Numbered from the whole stretch's first letter, positions 12,190 through 26,046 are shown. The stretch is DNA of 63,997 bases, filler included, from Perkinsus olseni (GCA_013115125.1; 4 parts of 4 records of this genome joined end to end with filler, not necessarily neighbours in it); one strand, 5' to 3'. Notes: generated from the sequence alone by a model not told the origin. A program made the numbers and translations.

Positions 12190-13244
12190 AAACGTGACAT
12201 TTCCAGAATAATAACAATTCGTTAATAAAAATCATTAACCAATTATTAAGAACAAACGCCGTTAAACGATTAATATCCAATCACACACAACCCGATAATA
12301 TCATCTGAACTAACACCATGAAAATCTATTGTAGAAGTTGACCGTTTTGATCGAGAATATACTTAAACGCTATTGTAAATAAATTATCACAGTAACACTC
12401 TTCAAGCATTTCAGACAGAAAGAAAATCCTCATCTTTTGAACCATCAGTTATAACTCCCAATGAGGGCCCCCATCTATGCACTACCAATCCTAAGGTCCC
12501 GTTGAATATGTGCAGCATGTCGCCGTAAGTAATCATTCCATTCTACTGCTTTAGCACTTCTCTCCGCAGGCTCCGCATAAAGCAACGGATTAGCTGGTCC
12601 ACGCGATACGTTGACAGGTATCATGGAAGTATACTCCAACAGAAAAATCTGCCATAAAGTTCATCCATACTATGAAAATTCGTCGAGAACTCAAACGTTT
12701 GGAAAATACTACTCAATCATGTTCTCGTGACATTACAATCAAACAATAAGTCGCGTGTAAGTCCCATACCATACCATATTATGATGGGCGTATGCAATTG
12801 ATAAAATTACACTCCATCACCTTTACTCGCTCAGACTAGTCAATAGAACAACAGTAAATCAGCCATGAATTAACATTCAAATTTCACTTAAAATTTTCTA
12901 ACAACATGCATTCCACAAGCCCTCGTCAACATTGCTCGCATCTACTTTACTCAATCTACAACACGGTAGATTCGACAGCAACGCAAATAACTCAACTCAA
13001 CTCAATAACCAGAACTGAAAAGCTATATCGATCAACATGGCGACCGCTTTTACACATTATCTTCGTAAGACTATATTACGTATAAGCAGCGACTACCTAA
13101 GATAAACTTGCTGTGGTGATCTAATTACAACCACCCCCAGCTACATACAAAACTTGAGCGAATTTCAACGGTCAATTCGCGAGAACGTGCTAATCGACGA
13201 GCAATAGCGTAACATACAGTTGACCATGGAATTTGCGCACGCCC

Positions 13245-13273
13245 GGGCGGGGACCCCTCCCCCGCCCTTCTAG
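13245..13273 (+). other. GC-rich hairpin + CTAG, candidate transposon terminus
   Basis: GGGCGGGG (13245-13252) pairs with CCCCGCCC (13260-13267), followed by TTCTAG and GTTTTT. Confidence 0.5.
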
Positions 13274-13339
13274 GTTTTTGACACTAGGGTGCTTCACCTA
13301 GAATAGATCACAGTAACTCTCTCACGAGATTCTTTGTGA

Positions 13340-15150
13340 AGATATGGGAATCTTAAGAAGAGCTTCCATTGCGGTCGCGACAGTACTTACAATAGCAATG
13401 TTGGCAATGTTATCTGCGGCCAGACGATGAATAGCGGGTGCTTATCCTACAATCACGATCGGGAGCTGCCCTGCGCGCCCAGGTCTGACCCGGTCTACTC
13501 TGTCGACCACGAGGACTGCCAGCAAAATCCCTTCGAGATAGGCGGGATATCACAGGACGATACATTCTCCCGACACAGAGGTCATGGACACCACCGGCAG
13601 CAGGGCAGCTCGACGCTGCTCCCTCCAGGTGTCCAACTTTCCGATGCCATCGCATTCGATGCGGGCGCTGCCTCCAATACTGTTACACTACACACCCCTG
13701 GACCAGTGGTTGTGTGCTACTGTCCCCTGGCCGACAGTCAGGGCTGTCGTGATGCCACACTCTGGAGGGCGCCCTTGCGGTGAGGGTCTCACGCCAGATG
13801 AGGCCCTATACAATATTCTGTCAGGTTCACCGTATCCGGACCGACAGGGATAAAGGAATTTATTTTCTCGGCCCACGTCCCCGTGCGCTTCGAGCTGGAA
13901 GGTCACGGGCTGTCATCTGCCCCTGGCTACCTCAGACTCATCCAACCAGCGGAGAATTGCAGCTCCAATGACGGTCGCCACTTAACGAGTCCTCCTTCCG
14001 AGAAGTTGGCTTCCCTCAAGCAACCCAAACACGGGTCTCGGAAATCTACATATCGGTTGCCCCGACCATTGCTATCCTGTCACTGATGTAGGGGGGTCCG
14101 AGAGCAACGTCCCGCTTCAAGGTCGTGATGCGGGACATGTGCGGTAGGGGTAACGCCGCATGGCTGTTGCTTCGTACCGCCACACTGACAGGTGCGACGA
14201 AACAACGACAACTGTGATTCTGTCTACATCACCATGGACTCGGTCATCTCGGCATCTACCATCAAATTTAACGGCAACCTGGACTCATTGAGTCCGACTC
14301 AACGATGGCGACGTAAATTGGAGCGTCCCAGCATTCTGCACGAGCGACGGCCTCAGATCATCTCCCTCGGTGACAACATCAACCCTGGCGACCACATCTC
14401 CGAGGAGGAGTTCGACCTGGTGAAAGGATGGGCTAGGTGCTCAGTGAGAGTCCAACGACGCCGATGGTGTGTTGATACGTATGCCGGTATCTCCGGCTTT
14501 TATTTTGTCGGCAACCCTGTCACAGTGATGGCTGACGACCCTGCCACAATGACTATCCCTGTTGGATGGTCCCGGAGCCCGGCCCCGCAGGCCCTCAGGC
14601 CATGGCGACTCTCCCTGCTCAGGTTGTGGCTACGGATAGTCTGGGTCGTGCTGGGTATTGGTATTCCCACTCATATGCGGCTACTAAGGAGAAGGTCGTC
14701 AGTAACTCCCCCATCACCGAAGCCGAGCTGTGCTATTCGTACGCTCAACAGAATGACTACCACGCCCATGTAGCCTATCAAGAGTGCCTGTGGACCCCTA
14801 CCCGCAGCTCTCAGGTTGGCCGTGTGACCTTCGTGGACCCTCCGCAAATGTCGGCGTCGATCCACCTCACAGCTCGGCAAGTAGAGGCGAGAGCACCGGT
14901 AGTCGTCAAATTCCGAACGGGCGGTGACCCGGCAGCCAACCCGATGTACGGTCGGCGCCCAGGTGACACCCAACTCATAGTCCAGGTGCTCGTGCCGTTT
15001 ACCGCATGGATCAGTCCAAGATACCTTTTTCGCAGGTACAAGATTCGGTAGTCTTCGACTTGCTAATCTCGACCGATGAGGGCTTGACCTTCGAGGAGGC
15101 CACTGCGGGAGGTGAGAAGCTTTAACGTCAGCTTGTGTGACCAGTAACGA
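13340..15150 (+). pseudogene. Frameshifted fragment of a large cysteine-rich alveolate-type secreted/surface protein
   Basis: Protein-like segments in successive frames (VVVCYCP...GC...W; FELEGHGLSS...YLRLIQPAENC; ISGFYFVGNPVT; VGRVTFVDPP) broken by stops and frameshifts. GC-richer than the adjacent element. Confidence 0.35.
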
Positions 15151-16720
15151 CACTACCAAGATGTCGTCGGCGTATAGTCATCTTCGTCCTTACCAAATTT
15201 CCGGAGAATCATAAAATAACTGCGACTTAGACAACAGAAATAATTACCTTCTAGGTCGCCCTTGGATCCCCTAGGTCAGACCTGAGGAAACTCAGGTCGA
15301 CGGTGAGATTTTAGGGGTGGCTAAGATACTTCCAAAGTGTGCGGTGCACCTCCTCTCGCCACGTTCAGATATAGATTTCTCGGCGAATCGAGTGAGTAGT
15401 GCCAAGCAGTCGGCCTGCGGGCAAGTGATCAGGGAGATGTGGACAGATCATCCCAAGGGCTTTCCAATACCGAAAGGGTGAGTGGCCGGGGTAGCTGCGA
15501 GTGTAGCGATGAGTGCCACCTCACATACTCTTGCTTGGTTGCCTCCCCTCGGTCCAAGCTTCCCTTATACGTCGTGCTGTACATGGTCGATTCGCCACGT
15601 TCCTCAGCACGAAAGGCGCTTCCGGGTGTCACGCCAATTCCGCTGCGGTTTTCTTAGTGTTAGAGTTGTTAGTAGAGCCGTCCAGGTTCGGCGCGGCGCC
15701 AATGTATATGCGTACGCGTATGAAGTTAATCGATCTTTACGAGTTAGCTATTCTCTTAGTTGCCCCTTTTTCATATATTGGCTCTTTCCGGCCTATCGTG
15801 TTCGTCAATCGCGGACTGGTCCTACTATCGTTAGTGCTCCTACGACTCCCATAACACTTAGTGTGAAGGCCTGAGCATTCTGCAGCAGTTGGCTCATGGC
15901 CCCGAAAGGTCTTGCATAATGATGGGACCTCAGCCCCGATGGGCTGCAACCGTTTCATGCAGCGAATAATGGGTGGGCGAGATCCGTGCGTACCTGCGCG
16001 AACACGCCCTCCCCAGATAGCTATAATAATAGTGTTACAGATACCAATAGTGTTACACAGTAATAAGAGGTGGATTGTCATTTTAAATGAAATCTTAAAT
16101 GACTCATTTAAGATATATCGAGGGTGTCGATGGTGGTCGTTGGACAAGTTAAAATCTCCAACTTGAAGGTATAGTAACAGTGATAGTGGATATATAGTCA
16201 CCTAATAGCTTCAACAGTGTTGAACCAGCTTCAGCCGCTGTGGTTATTGTCAAAGGCGTGGGTGGAGTTCAAGTCGTGGAGTCGACTGTTGACTCGATGG
16301 GACTTGCGGAATGAATCACCAGATAGCTTCGAGTGAGTTGACCGAACGATCGTTGTGGTTGTCGGAGACGTTGGTGGAGTGTGATTAGCGACAGTGTTGT
16401 GCAGTTGGAGCTGTTGGCCTCGCGTTGGGAAGGCTTGGAGCATTCCTTGAAGAGAGATTAGTAGAGAGAGCAGAAAGAGTAACCTGGTGTTACACCAGTG
16501 GTGTAGATATATGTGGTGGCTGGCCGTCGTGAGGAGCTCGCAACTCGAAAGTTAGGGCCGGCTGGATAGGTCGCAACAGTAAGCGACGTTGCTGATGTCG
16601 TTGTCAGAAGGATGTTGTTGAGCTTGCATTGGAGAGGTTTGGGGGGTGAGTGACAACTGGTACAGTGACAACTGGTACACCCCCGGGCTCGTACAGGCTT
16701 TATTCGGTACTCCTTTCATT

Positions 16721-16820
16721 NNNNNNNNNNNNNNNNNNNNNNNNNNNNNNNNNNNNNNNNNNNNTTAATTAATTAANNNNNNNNNNNNNNNNNNNNNNNN
16801 NNNNNNNNNNNNNNNNNNNN
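16721..16820. other. Artificial contig spacer (N44-TTAATTAATTAA-N44)
   Basis: 100-bp spacer with six-frame-stop core at 16765-16776. Confidence 0.95.
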
Positions 16821-16890
<70 letters not shown>

Positions 16891-17260
16891 GAAGGAGAAG
16901 AAGACTAAACAGACCTAGTGTTATTATAATAAGTGCTCTTCCTGTATCCAGCTTCTTGTTGTTGTGTTGTTTACAGCTGCTGCTGTTGCTGCTGTTGCTG
17001 CGTTCCCACTCAATGATGACTAGAACAAGAACAGTTGATCTCACTTGATCTTGAAGTTGATGATCATAATGATTCATTCTTATCATCATCCACAGGCATA
17101 TAATCGATAATGATAGTGATGATGATGTTCATCGTATGCATGCAGATCATCGCACTTTATATTATCGTCTGGTCTTTTATCACTTCTGCTATAAACAGCA
17201 TGCAGGTCATCATTATGTCGTTCAGGTGCTGCTGCTGCTGCTCGTCTGTAATGCTTCCCC

Positions 17261-17297
<37 letters not shown>

Positions 17298-19835
17298 GTC
17301 GCTGCTTTTTATTCATCTTCACCACCTCCCTCGTTCCCATACTATTCTCTTTGAAGAATTTCATGGTATTAGAATCACCGCATCCCCGATCATGACGACA
17401 ATGTCGCGACGGTATTAGTTTATCATTACCCTTTAATAAACGATGTGTTCGCTTCATGCACTTCCTCTCCTCTTCTTGCTTATGTCTCTTCACTTTATCA
17501 TTTTCATCATCCACAATAACCCGATTACCCCTCTTATCATTATTTGTGTCCCCAAAACTACGTAATGCTTTCATTCGCTTTTCGTTATGACAATCGTCTT
17601 TGAGATTATATGAAAATGGTAGATGATGATAGGGAGGTAAGGAACACCGCAAAGCGAGTAGGAAGTCTGATAATTCAACAGTCATGTTGTTGTTCAACCT
17701 CTCATTATATTCATAGTACTGTGTAGCCATTAACTCTCGAATGGCTTCAATGCTATCACCTGAAGCTGACTAGTAGCACCACAAAAAGCATGATAATGAC
17801 ATTACTGCTGCTGCTTGTTGTTGTTGATGATGATGATATTACTACCTGTGAATCCTGATAGATCCAATCCCAATGCGAGATCTTGTATTGTTGGAACACC
17901 TTTCCGTGTTATATCTAATAAATTATAAATGTTGGTCCATGTGGCTGGTGTGGTGTTATGATGATGATGATCAGATGCAGAACATTTGATGTTCTCAAGA
18001 TGATACCTGAACAATAATGTTGCCGATCAATAAACCCCTCCCTTACCAAAGTTTCGTTAACAGTGTGGATGATTTCCTCCCTGATGAGCATCTAGTTCTA
18101 CCGTTGTCACAATTCATATTATTATTGTTATAATATTCATCAGCCGGCATAAGAGACGAGGTATTGCAGCATCTTCGGCTCCTCTCCTTGACAATACTAT
18201 TCATGCCTAGCTCCATTTTGGTAGTCTCATATCCGGTAGCATTATCATTAGCATTATCATTACATGCATCATCATCATCATCATCATCATCATGGTGGTG
18301 GTGGTGTTGGTGATGATGCTTGTGGCCGCCGTCTTCACGTGATGCACAATCCGAGAGTGATGCACAATATCGTGCAGGAGACAGCGATGATGATGATGAT
18401 GATGATGCTAGTGTACACTTTATTATGGGTTTCTGAGTTATGGTTGTTGGTTGTGTAGTTGCTCTTTTGTCATTATCATACCGTTCAACCTGAGTACCAT
18501 TAGGTACTCGAGTAATGTCAAGCCCAGCAAGTGGTACCTTATCCATGCGTATCGGAGGTATCTTGTTTGAACATGAGCTTCGGGTTTGAATATGGCATTT
18601 CTTCTCCAATCCCAAAAGATCATTGTTGCACATCATCCCGCCCCTGGATTCCGTTAATCCGTCTCCCTGCACTTCCCTTGTTTCCTCTATAGCTCCCTTG
18701 CCACTATCACTGTTAATCTCCATCAACGTTGTGGTGGTGGTGGTGGTGGTGGTGGTGGTGGTGGTGGTGGTGGTGTTAGTATTATTATTGCAGTTATTAA
18801 TACCATGTATGATTTGATTGATATGTCTCATCTTGATGTCGATACTCTTTAACAATGCATCCTGTTGTGATAGTATAACATCCACTGCATTCATACCATC
18901 ATATCGGTGCCTGTGGTCATCATCATCATCATCATGAACATCATCCTTAGCGTCGTCGTCGTCGTCGTCGGTGATGATGATGATGGTGTTGAAGCTATTA
19001 GTATTCCTATTATTATTATCATCATTATGTTGTTGTTCTTGTTGTTTGAGAAGAGTTCGAACATTGGCCACCATATGGGTATCATTGAAGTTGCGTCGTG
19101 GTCGTCTCGATGTTTCTTCGCTTGTTGTTGACGTGAGTGAACCTTCATCATCATAATGATGATGATGATGATCATGATCATGAGAACAGTACTCTATTGT
19201 ATTACTGTCATGGTTTTTTTTATTATTATCATCAGATAGTATCTAGTACCACTACTATTATCCGTCCATTGACTATGACGACTATGACGACTATGACGCA
19301 CCTTTTCCTCCTCATTATTCTTCTCCTGCTGATCCTGTTGCTGTTCATTGTCTTCCTCTCGTATCAACATCAGATCCATCGAAGACGATGAACTTCCTCT
19401 TCTTCTTTGTCTCCTCTGTTTTCCATCATTCATTCTTGTATCATCATTGGTATATAGATAATCTTCATCTGGTAGTAATGTTAGTGATGGTATCAAGGGT
19501 AATAAGAGATGAACAGCTTTTTCCATATTCCCCATCCTCGTTGACAAATCATCATCATCATCTCCCTTCCCCTGGTGTATTGATATCTTCGATCCCAATA
19601 ATGTTCCATCTCCCACCGCAGCTGTTGTTGTTGATCCCTCACTTTCTTGCTGCCTTTCCCTTCCTTCGACTTGGGATGTTGCTTCTTCTTCTTCCTCTTC
19701 TCTAGCTATCAACAATGCTATCGCTTCCGCCGTTCGCGTTAAAGTGAATTCTGTGAATCCCCCTCGCTGCTCCGATAGTATCATTCCTGCGGGGTAACAG
19801 GATACGACAGGATCTTCTTCCATCAATCACAGCAG

Positions 19836-19876
<41 letters not shown>

Positions 19877-20994
19877 GCAGTGTATCATTACTTTTCAGCT
19901 CTTCTTCCTCGATTCCATCCGTACCTTCAGTTTTCCCTCCGTCCACTACTACACCATCATCACCATCATGATGAGTAGAAAGTAGTAGTTTATACTTGAT
20001 AGGATTGATAACTTTCTTCGGAAAGAGTATTACACCAGCGGGATGTCGATTAACCTCTTTACATAACATATTGTTCACCATGAGCTTGGACTCTAGTATC
20101 TAAATATTAACAACTACCACTACTAACAACTACCACTACTAACTACTACCACTACTAAGTACCACTACTAACAACTACCACTACTAACAACTACCACTAC
20201 TAACAACTACCACTACTAACAACTACCACTACTAACTACTACCACTACTAACAACTACCACTACTAACAACTACCACTACTAACTACTACCACTACTACC
20301 TCTATGTAATGATACATGTTAAGGCATTCATCTCTTTGTTTCAGTACAAGATTCTTCAAGGAGTTAGCCATCACACGAACTTCATTAGCCTCAGACGCCA
20401 ATGCACGGATTGTCTGATGATAATAAGATTCACACTTATGATGATGAAGGGCTACTCGAGGGAGAATATACCATGGGGAGGGTCATTCAAGGTGGTGGTG
20501 GTGGTGGTGGTGGTGGTGGTGGTGAACTACCATCATACTTCGTCTTGTTCCTGCAACATTTGTTTAACTATCGAACTTTCTCTTTCGTAATCGTCATCAC
20601 TCATCATTAGTTTATCGTCATCATCGACATATATATTATGATAACTCTCCTTCACCAACCTGATCATCATGCTTATCAAAATAATCATTATCATCAGACA
20701 TAATGATCTAGTACTGGTAAGCTTCTTTTACAAGCTTTCTCACAACTCTCCCTATTTCCCAATCCCTCTTCAACCTGTTCATGCCATCGTATGATGATGA
20801 TGATGATGATGATGATGCTTGGCGTCTATCATCATCACCACCACCGTTATCATCGTGGCAGCAACAGCAGCAGCAGCAGTAGGTCTCCCTGGTATTTGAT
20901 GATGTCTCATCTGTTAGCTTGCCCGTAACCGCTACATCATTGCGATCTATAATAGTATCGGTAGAGCAGCATTGATTGATGATAGCTTTCAATC

Positions 20995-21062
<68 letters not shown>

Positions 21063-23434
21063 ATGGTGGTGGTTGAGGTTTTCTAATAACTGCTGTTGCT
21101 ATTACTTTGATGTGAGCATAGCTTGCTTCATTTTATCGTCCCATTGTTTAGTTCTCAGCTCTCTTACTTCCACCATCATCTCCTTCTTTATTCCATCCTG
21201 TTCCCTTATACGTTTCTTCAACTCTTCCAAACTCCTCTCCAAACTAATTACCTATACGACGATACCGATAGTATCACCACCACCACCACCACCTCAGCCT
21301 TGTCAACGTGATACTACTTTTTCTCGCATACTCTCAGAACAATCAGTGTTGCCGCTGTTCTTGTTGCCGATGATAATTCTACTTATCCCTACATCATCCA
21401 TACTTCTATCATCATCATCGTGCTTGAATCGTCGTATTGCCGTATTATCGTATTGCTGGGAGACGGCCGTTTGCGATGAGAACAGACCCCGTTCAAATTC
21501 ATTCCTTCTTTGTTTAACACTAGGTCTCAACTCCTTCACTGATGATGATGATGATGATGATGATGCCATCTCCTCATCATCATTATTTTCGTCCTTCTTT
21601 ATCAAGTTATTGTTGTTGTTATTCTCCTCATCATTTTGCTCCTCTCTCCTCGCCGTTCCTAATGTTCTTCTTGCTGTTCTCTCACTATGCGGAATAGCCT
21701 CTGCGAAGGACGCCATGTTAGTATAAGTATGAGATAGTATCGTCCGTGCGATAATAACAATATCATCATTATTTATTCCTGATCGTCCTCTCTCTCGCAG
21801 TTCCCTTCCTTCCATTTTTGATGCATGCTGCTTTTCCTTATCATCTGATACCATATTAATGATTCTACCGTGAAAAAGAAGGACTAATGACAATGATTAT
21901 AGGAGAAGGAATGAGAACTCGCAATTGTAACATATTATCATAATCAGTATAATGATCGTGATAAAGTGATGATTAAGAAACACAACGATGAGTACAAGGA
22001 TCCTCAAGACTCAGTAGTCTAACACGCCACAATGGTAGTAATTAAACTTGATCATAAAATAGCGAATGATGATGATGCGATGTTGAGTCAACATTGTTGA
22101 GGGCTAAATGATAATAAATAGCATCATTTCCATCCTAGTGTATGATGATCATAATGATGGTCTCCTGTTCACAATAATTACCGTAAAAAACAACACTGTT
22201 GGCGAGGTGCTGCTCACAACTGCAACAGTCAAAATCATCGAAAGATCACGGAACCTCACCTTTTAACCTGCGTGTACTATGGTGAACATCACCACCATCA
22301 TCGTTGTTATCGTTTTTCTTTCTGTACCCTGTCTTGTGACAGCAGATGTTCATATTATGATAAAAAAAGGAAATGATGACCGACGATATTATCATATAAC
22401 ACGGTAGTATGATGAGTAATAACAACATATTGAGTACATCATCAAATGCTTGTCGTCGTCGTCGTCGTCTGCTGCTGCGTCATCATCATCATCATCATTA
22501 TCGACCATAAGTTCCTTCTACCCCTCCTTTTTATGTTATTCAGCCTCTCCGAGCATCATGATTGTGGTATCGAGTGGGGATGATGATCATCGTTGTGAAG
22601 GTGTGAGTAATTATCCCCTTCTATGTGTACGGGTGTGTATCGAGTATTATCACTTCTACTATGATGATGATGATGATGATGATGATGGTTGTTGTTATGA
22701 GTGTATCATCCCCTCCTCATCGAGGGAGGGGGGGCCATAATGATGGGGGTTATGAAAGTAGGCAACAACGGTGATGGAGGTGCTCTTCTGTCGTCATCAT
22801 CATCATCATACGTTGTCTTATGTATATCATCATCACCATCATCCTTTCCTTTTTCTTTTCTTTGTTGTTTCATAATCTTATCTAAGGCTAGATCAGCAAG
22901 ACTTGTTCTCCTTCTCTCTATTGTTGTTTCATCATCATCATTCCTGCTGCTGCTGCTGCTGTCGTCCTTGTTATGTGGTGGTATTGGGAGGTGATGATGA
23001 TGGTATGTTCTACCATCACGATTCACTCCAATATTAATGACTTGAGTAGTAGTAGTGTGCCTCCTCCTCGTCGTAGCCTCCTCCTCCTCTTCCTCCTTTC
23101 TTCTCCCATCTCCATGATTCGTGTATATATATGGATCAGACCTGAACAGGACACTGATGATGATGATGATGCTGGTGGTGGTGGTGCTGGTGGTGGTGGT
23201 AATAGCATCATCACCTTCTCCTCCTTCGATTGCCCCATACTAAAGTGTCTTGGGCCCTCAGATCAGCCATAACAGCCAATCGTGCTCTCGATTGTTCAAT
23301 GAGATTGTTGTTGTTGTTACTATGCTTACGATGATGATTATGATGATTATGACCCTTCTTAAAACCGTTTGGTGAGTCTTCGTCTTCTTTTTTATGTTGG
23401 GGAGAATCAGCAGCCTTCACCACATTATCTAATA

Positions 23435-23478
<44 letters not shown>

Positions 23479-23480
23479 CA
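16821..23480 (-). CDS. One or more multi-exon low-complexity hypothetical genes (boundaries unresolved)
   Basis: Chain of minus-strand ORFs (17086-17730, 18043-19074, 19194-19826, 19827-20081, 20708-20992, 21303-21893, 22706-23026, 23211-23423) rich in D/N/Q/T/H/S homopolymers; no recognisable domain. Confidence 0.4.
20111..20300. repeat. Minisatellite, ~16-bp unit CAACTACCACTACTAA with variants, ~11-12 copies
   Basis: Direct reading of the tandem array. Confidence 0.9.
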
Positions 23481-23564
23481 TAGGATACAAGAGCAGGTTT
23501 CATCATCATTTCATCAGTCCGTTGCCTCGACGATCGCACCCTCAATGATTATGAGTGATTATGA

Positions 23565-24479
23565 TTATGATGATGAGTGAAAGAAGTTGATAGTAGTAAT
23601 ATAAGCATAGTCACTGGTATTGCTATTACTACTACCATCATATGATGATGATGATGATCTATCCAGCACCATCGGTGATTCTTGAAGTACCCCCCTATTT
23701 CTTCTCTTCGCTTGCTTTAACCGTTTTATTCGGTAGTTGTTGTTGTTGTTGGTTTTCCTCCTCATCCATCTTTTATATTTTCGTAATATTTTGCATTTAG
23801 TTACTGAGTAAATGATGCTCTTAATACCATATTCAATCCTCGACACTGTATTCTCGACATATTTATTTATATCCTTCTTTCTTCTCATATAATATCTCAG
23901 TAACACTGTTATAGCCACTAGAGCCGTACATGAGATACTTAATAATAGTACTCTCATGAATGGAGCAGTGAAATCGCCTTCACCGCCGCCCTTGGCAGTA
24001 TTGGCATGCTCAACAAGAAATCTACTACTACTATTACTATTACAACAACCTCCTACTACTACAAGTCGCCAAGCCTCCGATGATGATGATGAGACGATAT
24101 AAGAAGAAGAATTGTGCACCTGAAGAGCACCGAAGAGTATACAATGATTAGTAATATCCCCTTGACAATATTCCATTACTTTCATTAGCCTATCGTCGTC
24201 ATGATGATGATGATGCTGTAGTAGTGAGGTTGTAGTAGTGAGGTTTTCAATTGAAGAAGTGATACTACCATTAAATACTTCACGTGGGTTCGGGTTGTTC
24301 TTGTCGAGTAAGATGCGTAATAGTGTTGTATTATAATAATGAGCCATAACATGATCGTTAGTATCATCAGCTTGCACATTATGATGCGCTTCAGTCTTCC
24401 CTGAGGGTATCACCATATCGATACTGGTGATAAGAACAAAGATGAAAGGTGGAAACGCTAAAATGGAGAATAACAACAC
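23565..24479 (-). CDS. Hypothetical membrane protein
   Basis: 304-aa ORF with an N-terminal hydrophobic stretch and a second TM segment (VLLLSISCTALVAITVLL) followed by a basic stop-transfer RYYMRRKK. Confidence 0.5.
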   Translation of the reverse strand: MLLFSILAFPPFIFVLITSIDMVIPSGKTEAHHNVQADDTNDHVMAHYYNTTLLRILLDKNNPNPREVFNGSITSSIENLTTTTSLLQHHHHHDDDRLMKVMEYCQGDITNHCILFGALQVHNSSSYIVSSSSSEAWRLVVVGGCCNSNSSSRFLVEHANTAKGGGEGDFTAPFMRVLLLSISCTALVAITVLLRYYMRRKKDINKYVENTVSRIEYGIKSIIYSVTKCKILRKYKRWMRRKTNNNNNYRIKRLKQAKRRNRGVLQESPMVLDRSSSSSYDGSSNSNTSDYAYITTINFFHSSS

Positions 24480-24721
24480 ACGATAATCCTGATCTGTTGA
24501 TGATGATTATGATAACAACACAAGTACATTCTCAAGTATCCAAGGAATACCTCTTATCGTTGTTGGAGTTGTTGTTCTACTACTACAACTGATGATGAAG
24601 ATGATACTGATGATGTCTCAAGCCTTATCAAGGCTATGAGTCATCATGACGATGGTGGTGGCAGTGTAGTAAGCGTATTTAAGCGTATCATCTTTCTTAT
24701 CTTGCTTATCATGATTACTGT

Positions 24722-26046
24722 TTAGAGATCATCTCCCCATTTCTTAGCAGCGCTTGTATCATTAGTATAATCATCATCCATATGATGTACTCTAACATAT
24801 CCATCTTCACCACCCGATACGAAGGTGTAACCATCAGGAGACCATGATAGGGTATTAATAGGACCAAAATGACCCGATACTTTACCAAGTTCATTCTCAT
24901 AAATCATATGGAATAAACATGATTCGAACTTACCCTGTTTAGCTGATGTAGTAGTAACATCACGAGCTTGTTGTCCACCACCAAGCATAACATGTTGTCG
25001 TCTTCTACTAACTAATACTCCATCATCCCTTTTATCTTCAACAACCTCCTCATCATCATCATCAGCCCGATAAAGAGGATTAATAGTAGCATCATTAATA
25101 GGACGATCAGAGGAATAAGTTTTGACGCACTGCCAGGTTCGTATGTTCCATAGCTTAGCTGAATAAAGGAATGTCGTCGGGTAACTTCTTATCATGACGT
25201 TATTATTACCGGTCATATCCTGAGAAGCTGTTACGAACAATAATCGATCCACCGAGAATTGACACTTCGTGATAGGTCGCCTAAATACAAGCATCATCAA
25301 CATCATTGAAGGAAGTGTAATGATTGTTACTCATGAGCATGTTCGATCCGCTGCAACTTATCACCGGTAATAGCATCCCATATGAATATACTAGTAGCAG
25401 CATTATTGTCACTTTTCTCATCATGTATGGTGATAATAGTCTCATCATATAGACCCCATCTTGCCTAATAATAATAACAACTATTCACTATGAGTAATAC
25501 CAGCAGCCGCAGTACTACCTGTAAAGCTTTACCCGGCAGATTATCACCGCTGATCTGCATATTCACTGTTAACTTATTGCTATCCTCATCATAATCCCAT
25601 ATACTAACAGAATTAGGTGTGGATACGAATTGGTCTCGGCATGCTACGAAACGATTCTAAAAGAGTATTAATAATTAACAAGGGTACACTGTCGTCGTCG
25701 TCGTTGTGGTTATCCTTATTACCTGTTTATTAGGATTAGTACACCATTCAACACTTCTCACCACACCCTTGACCATCTCTTCAGCTAGACATGTACCACT
25801 TACTACATCAAATACTCTGATACATTGATCACCCGAACCAGTTACCAATCTAGTACTATCATATGTACATGAGAATGAGAATACAGCTCCTTTATGTGGC
25901 TCATAAGTACCCAACCTTTCACCAGTATAAGCAACCCATACGCACATACCATTATCTTTACCACTAGTAAATAATAAATCACCATCACTATTAAACCCAA
26001 CTTGAGTCACGGGCCTACGATGCGCGTATATAACTAATGGATGCAT
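24722..26046 (-). CDS. EIF3I: Eukaryotic translation initiation factor 3 subunit I (WD40); exons 26046-25723, 25656-25519, 25464-25331, 25280-25210, 25158-24722
   Basis: MHPLVIYAHRRPVTQVGFNSDGDLLFTSGKD, GERLGTY, GGGQQARDVTTT...GKFE, GHFGPINTL, SGGEDGYVRVHH. Four GT-AG introns preserve the frame. Confidence 0.93.

Larger units (their letters stand above)
1..13273 (-). mobile_element. Helitron-like rolling-circle transposon (left end not visible; right end tentative)
   Basis: Contains a HUH Rep + Pif1-like helicase ORF with OTU and GIY-YIG domains plus co-oriented accessory ORFs. Visibly AT-richer than the sequence after ~13330. GC hairpin followed by CTAG at 13245-13273 coincides with the composition change. 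Confidence 0.82.

Noticed and set aside
16765-16776. TTAATTAATTAA as a biological motif or TTAA target site
   Set aside because: It sits centred in identical 100-bp N blocks three times; it is an assembly linker.
17110-23272. Plus-strand ORFs with poly-I/M/V/L/H tracts that look like membrane proteins
   Set aside because: Shadow frames of trinucleotide repeats, antisense to more plausible minus-strand ORFs.
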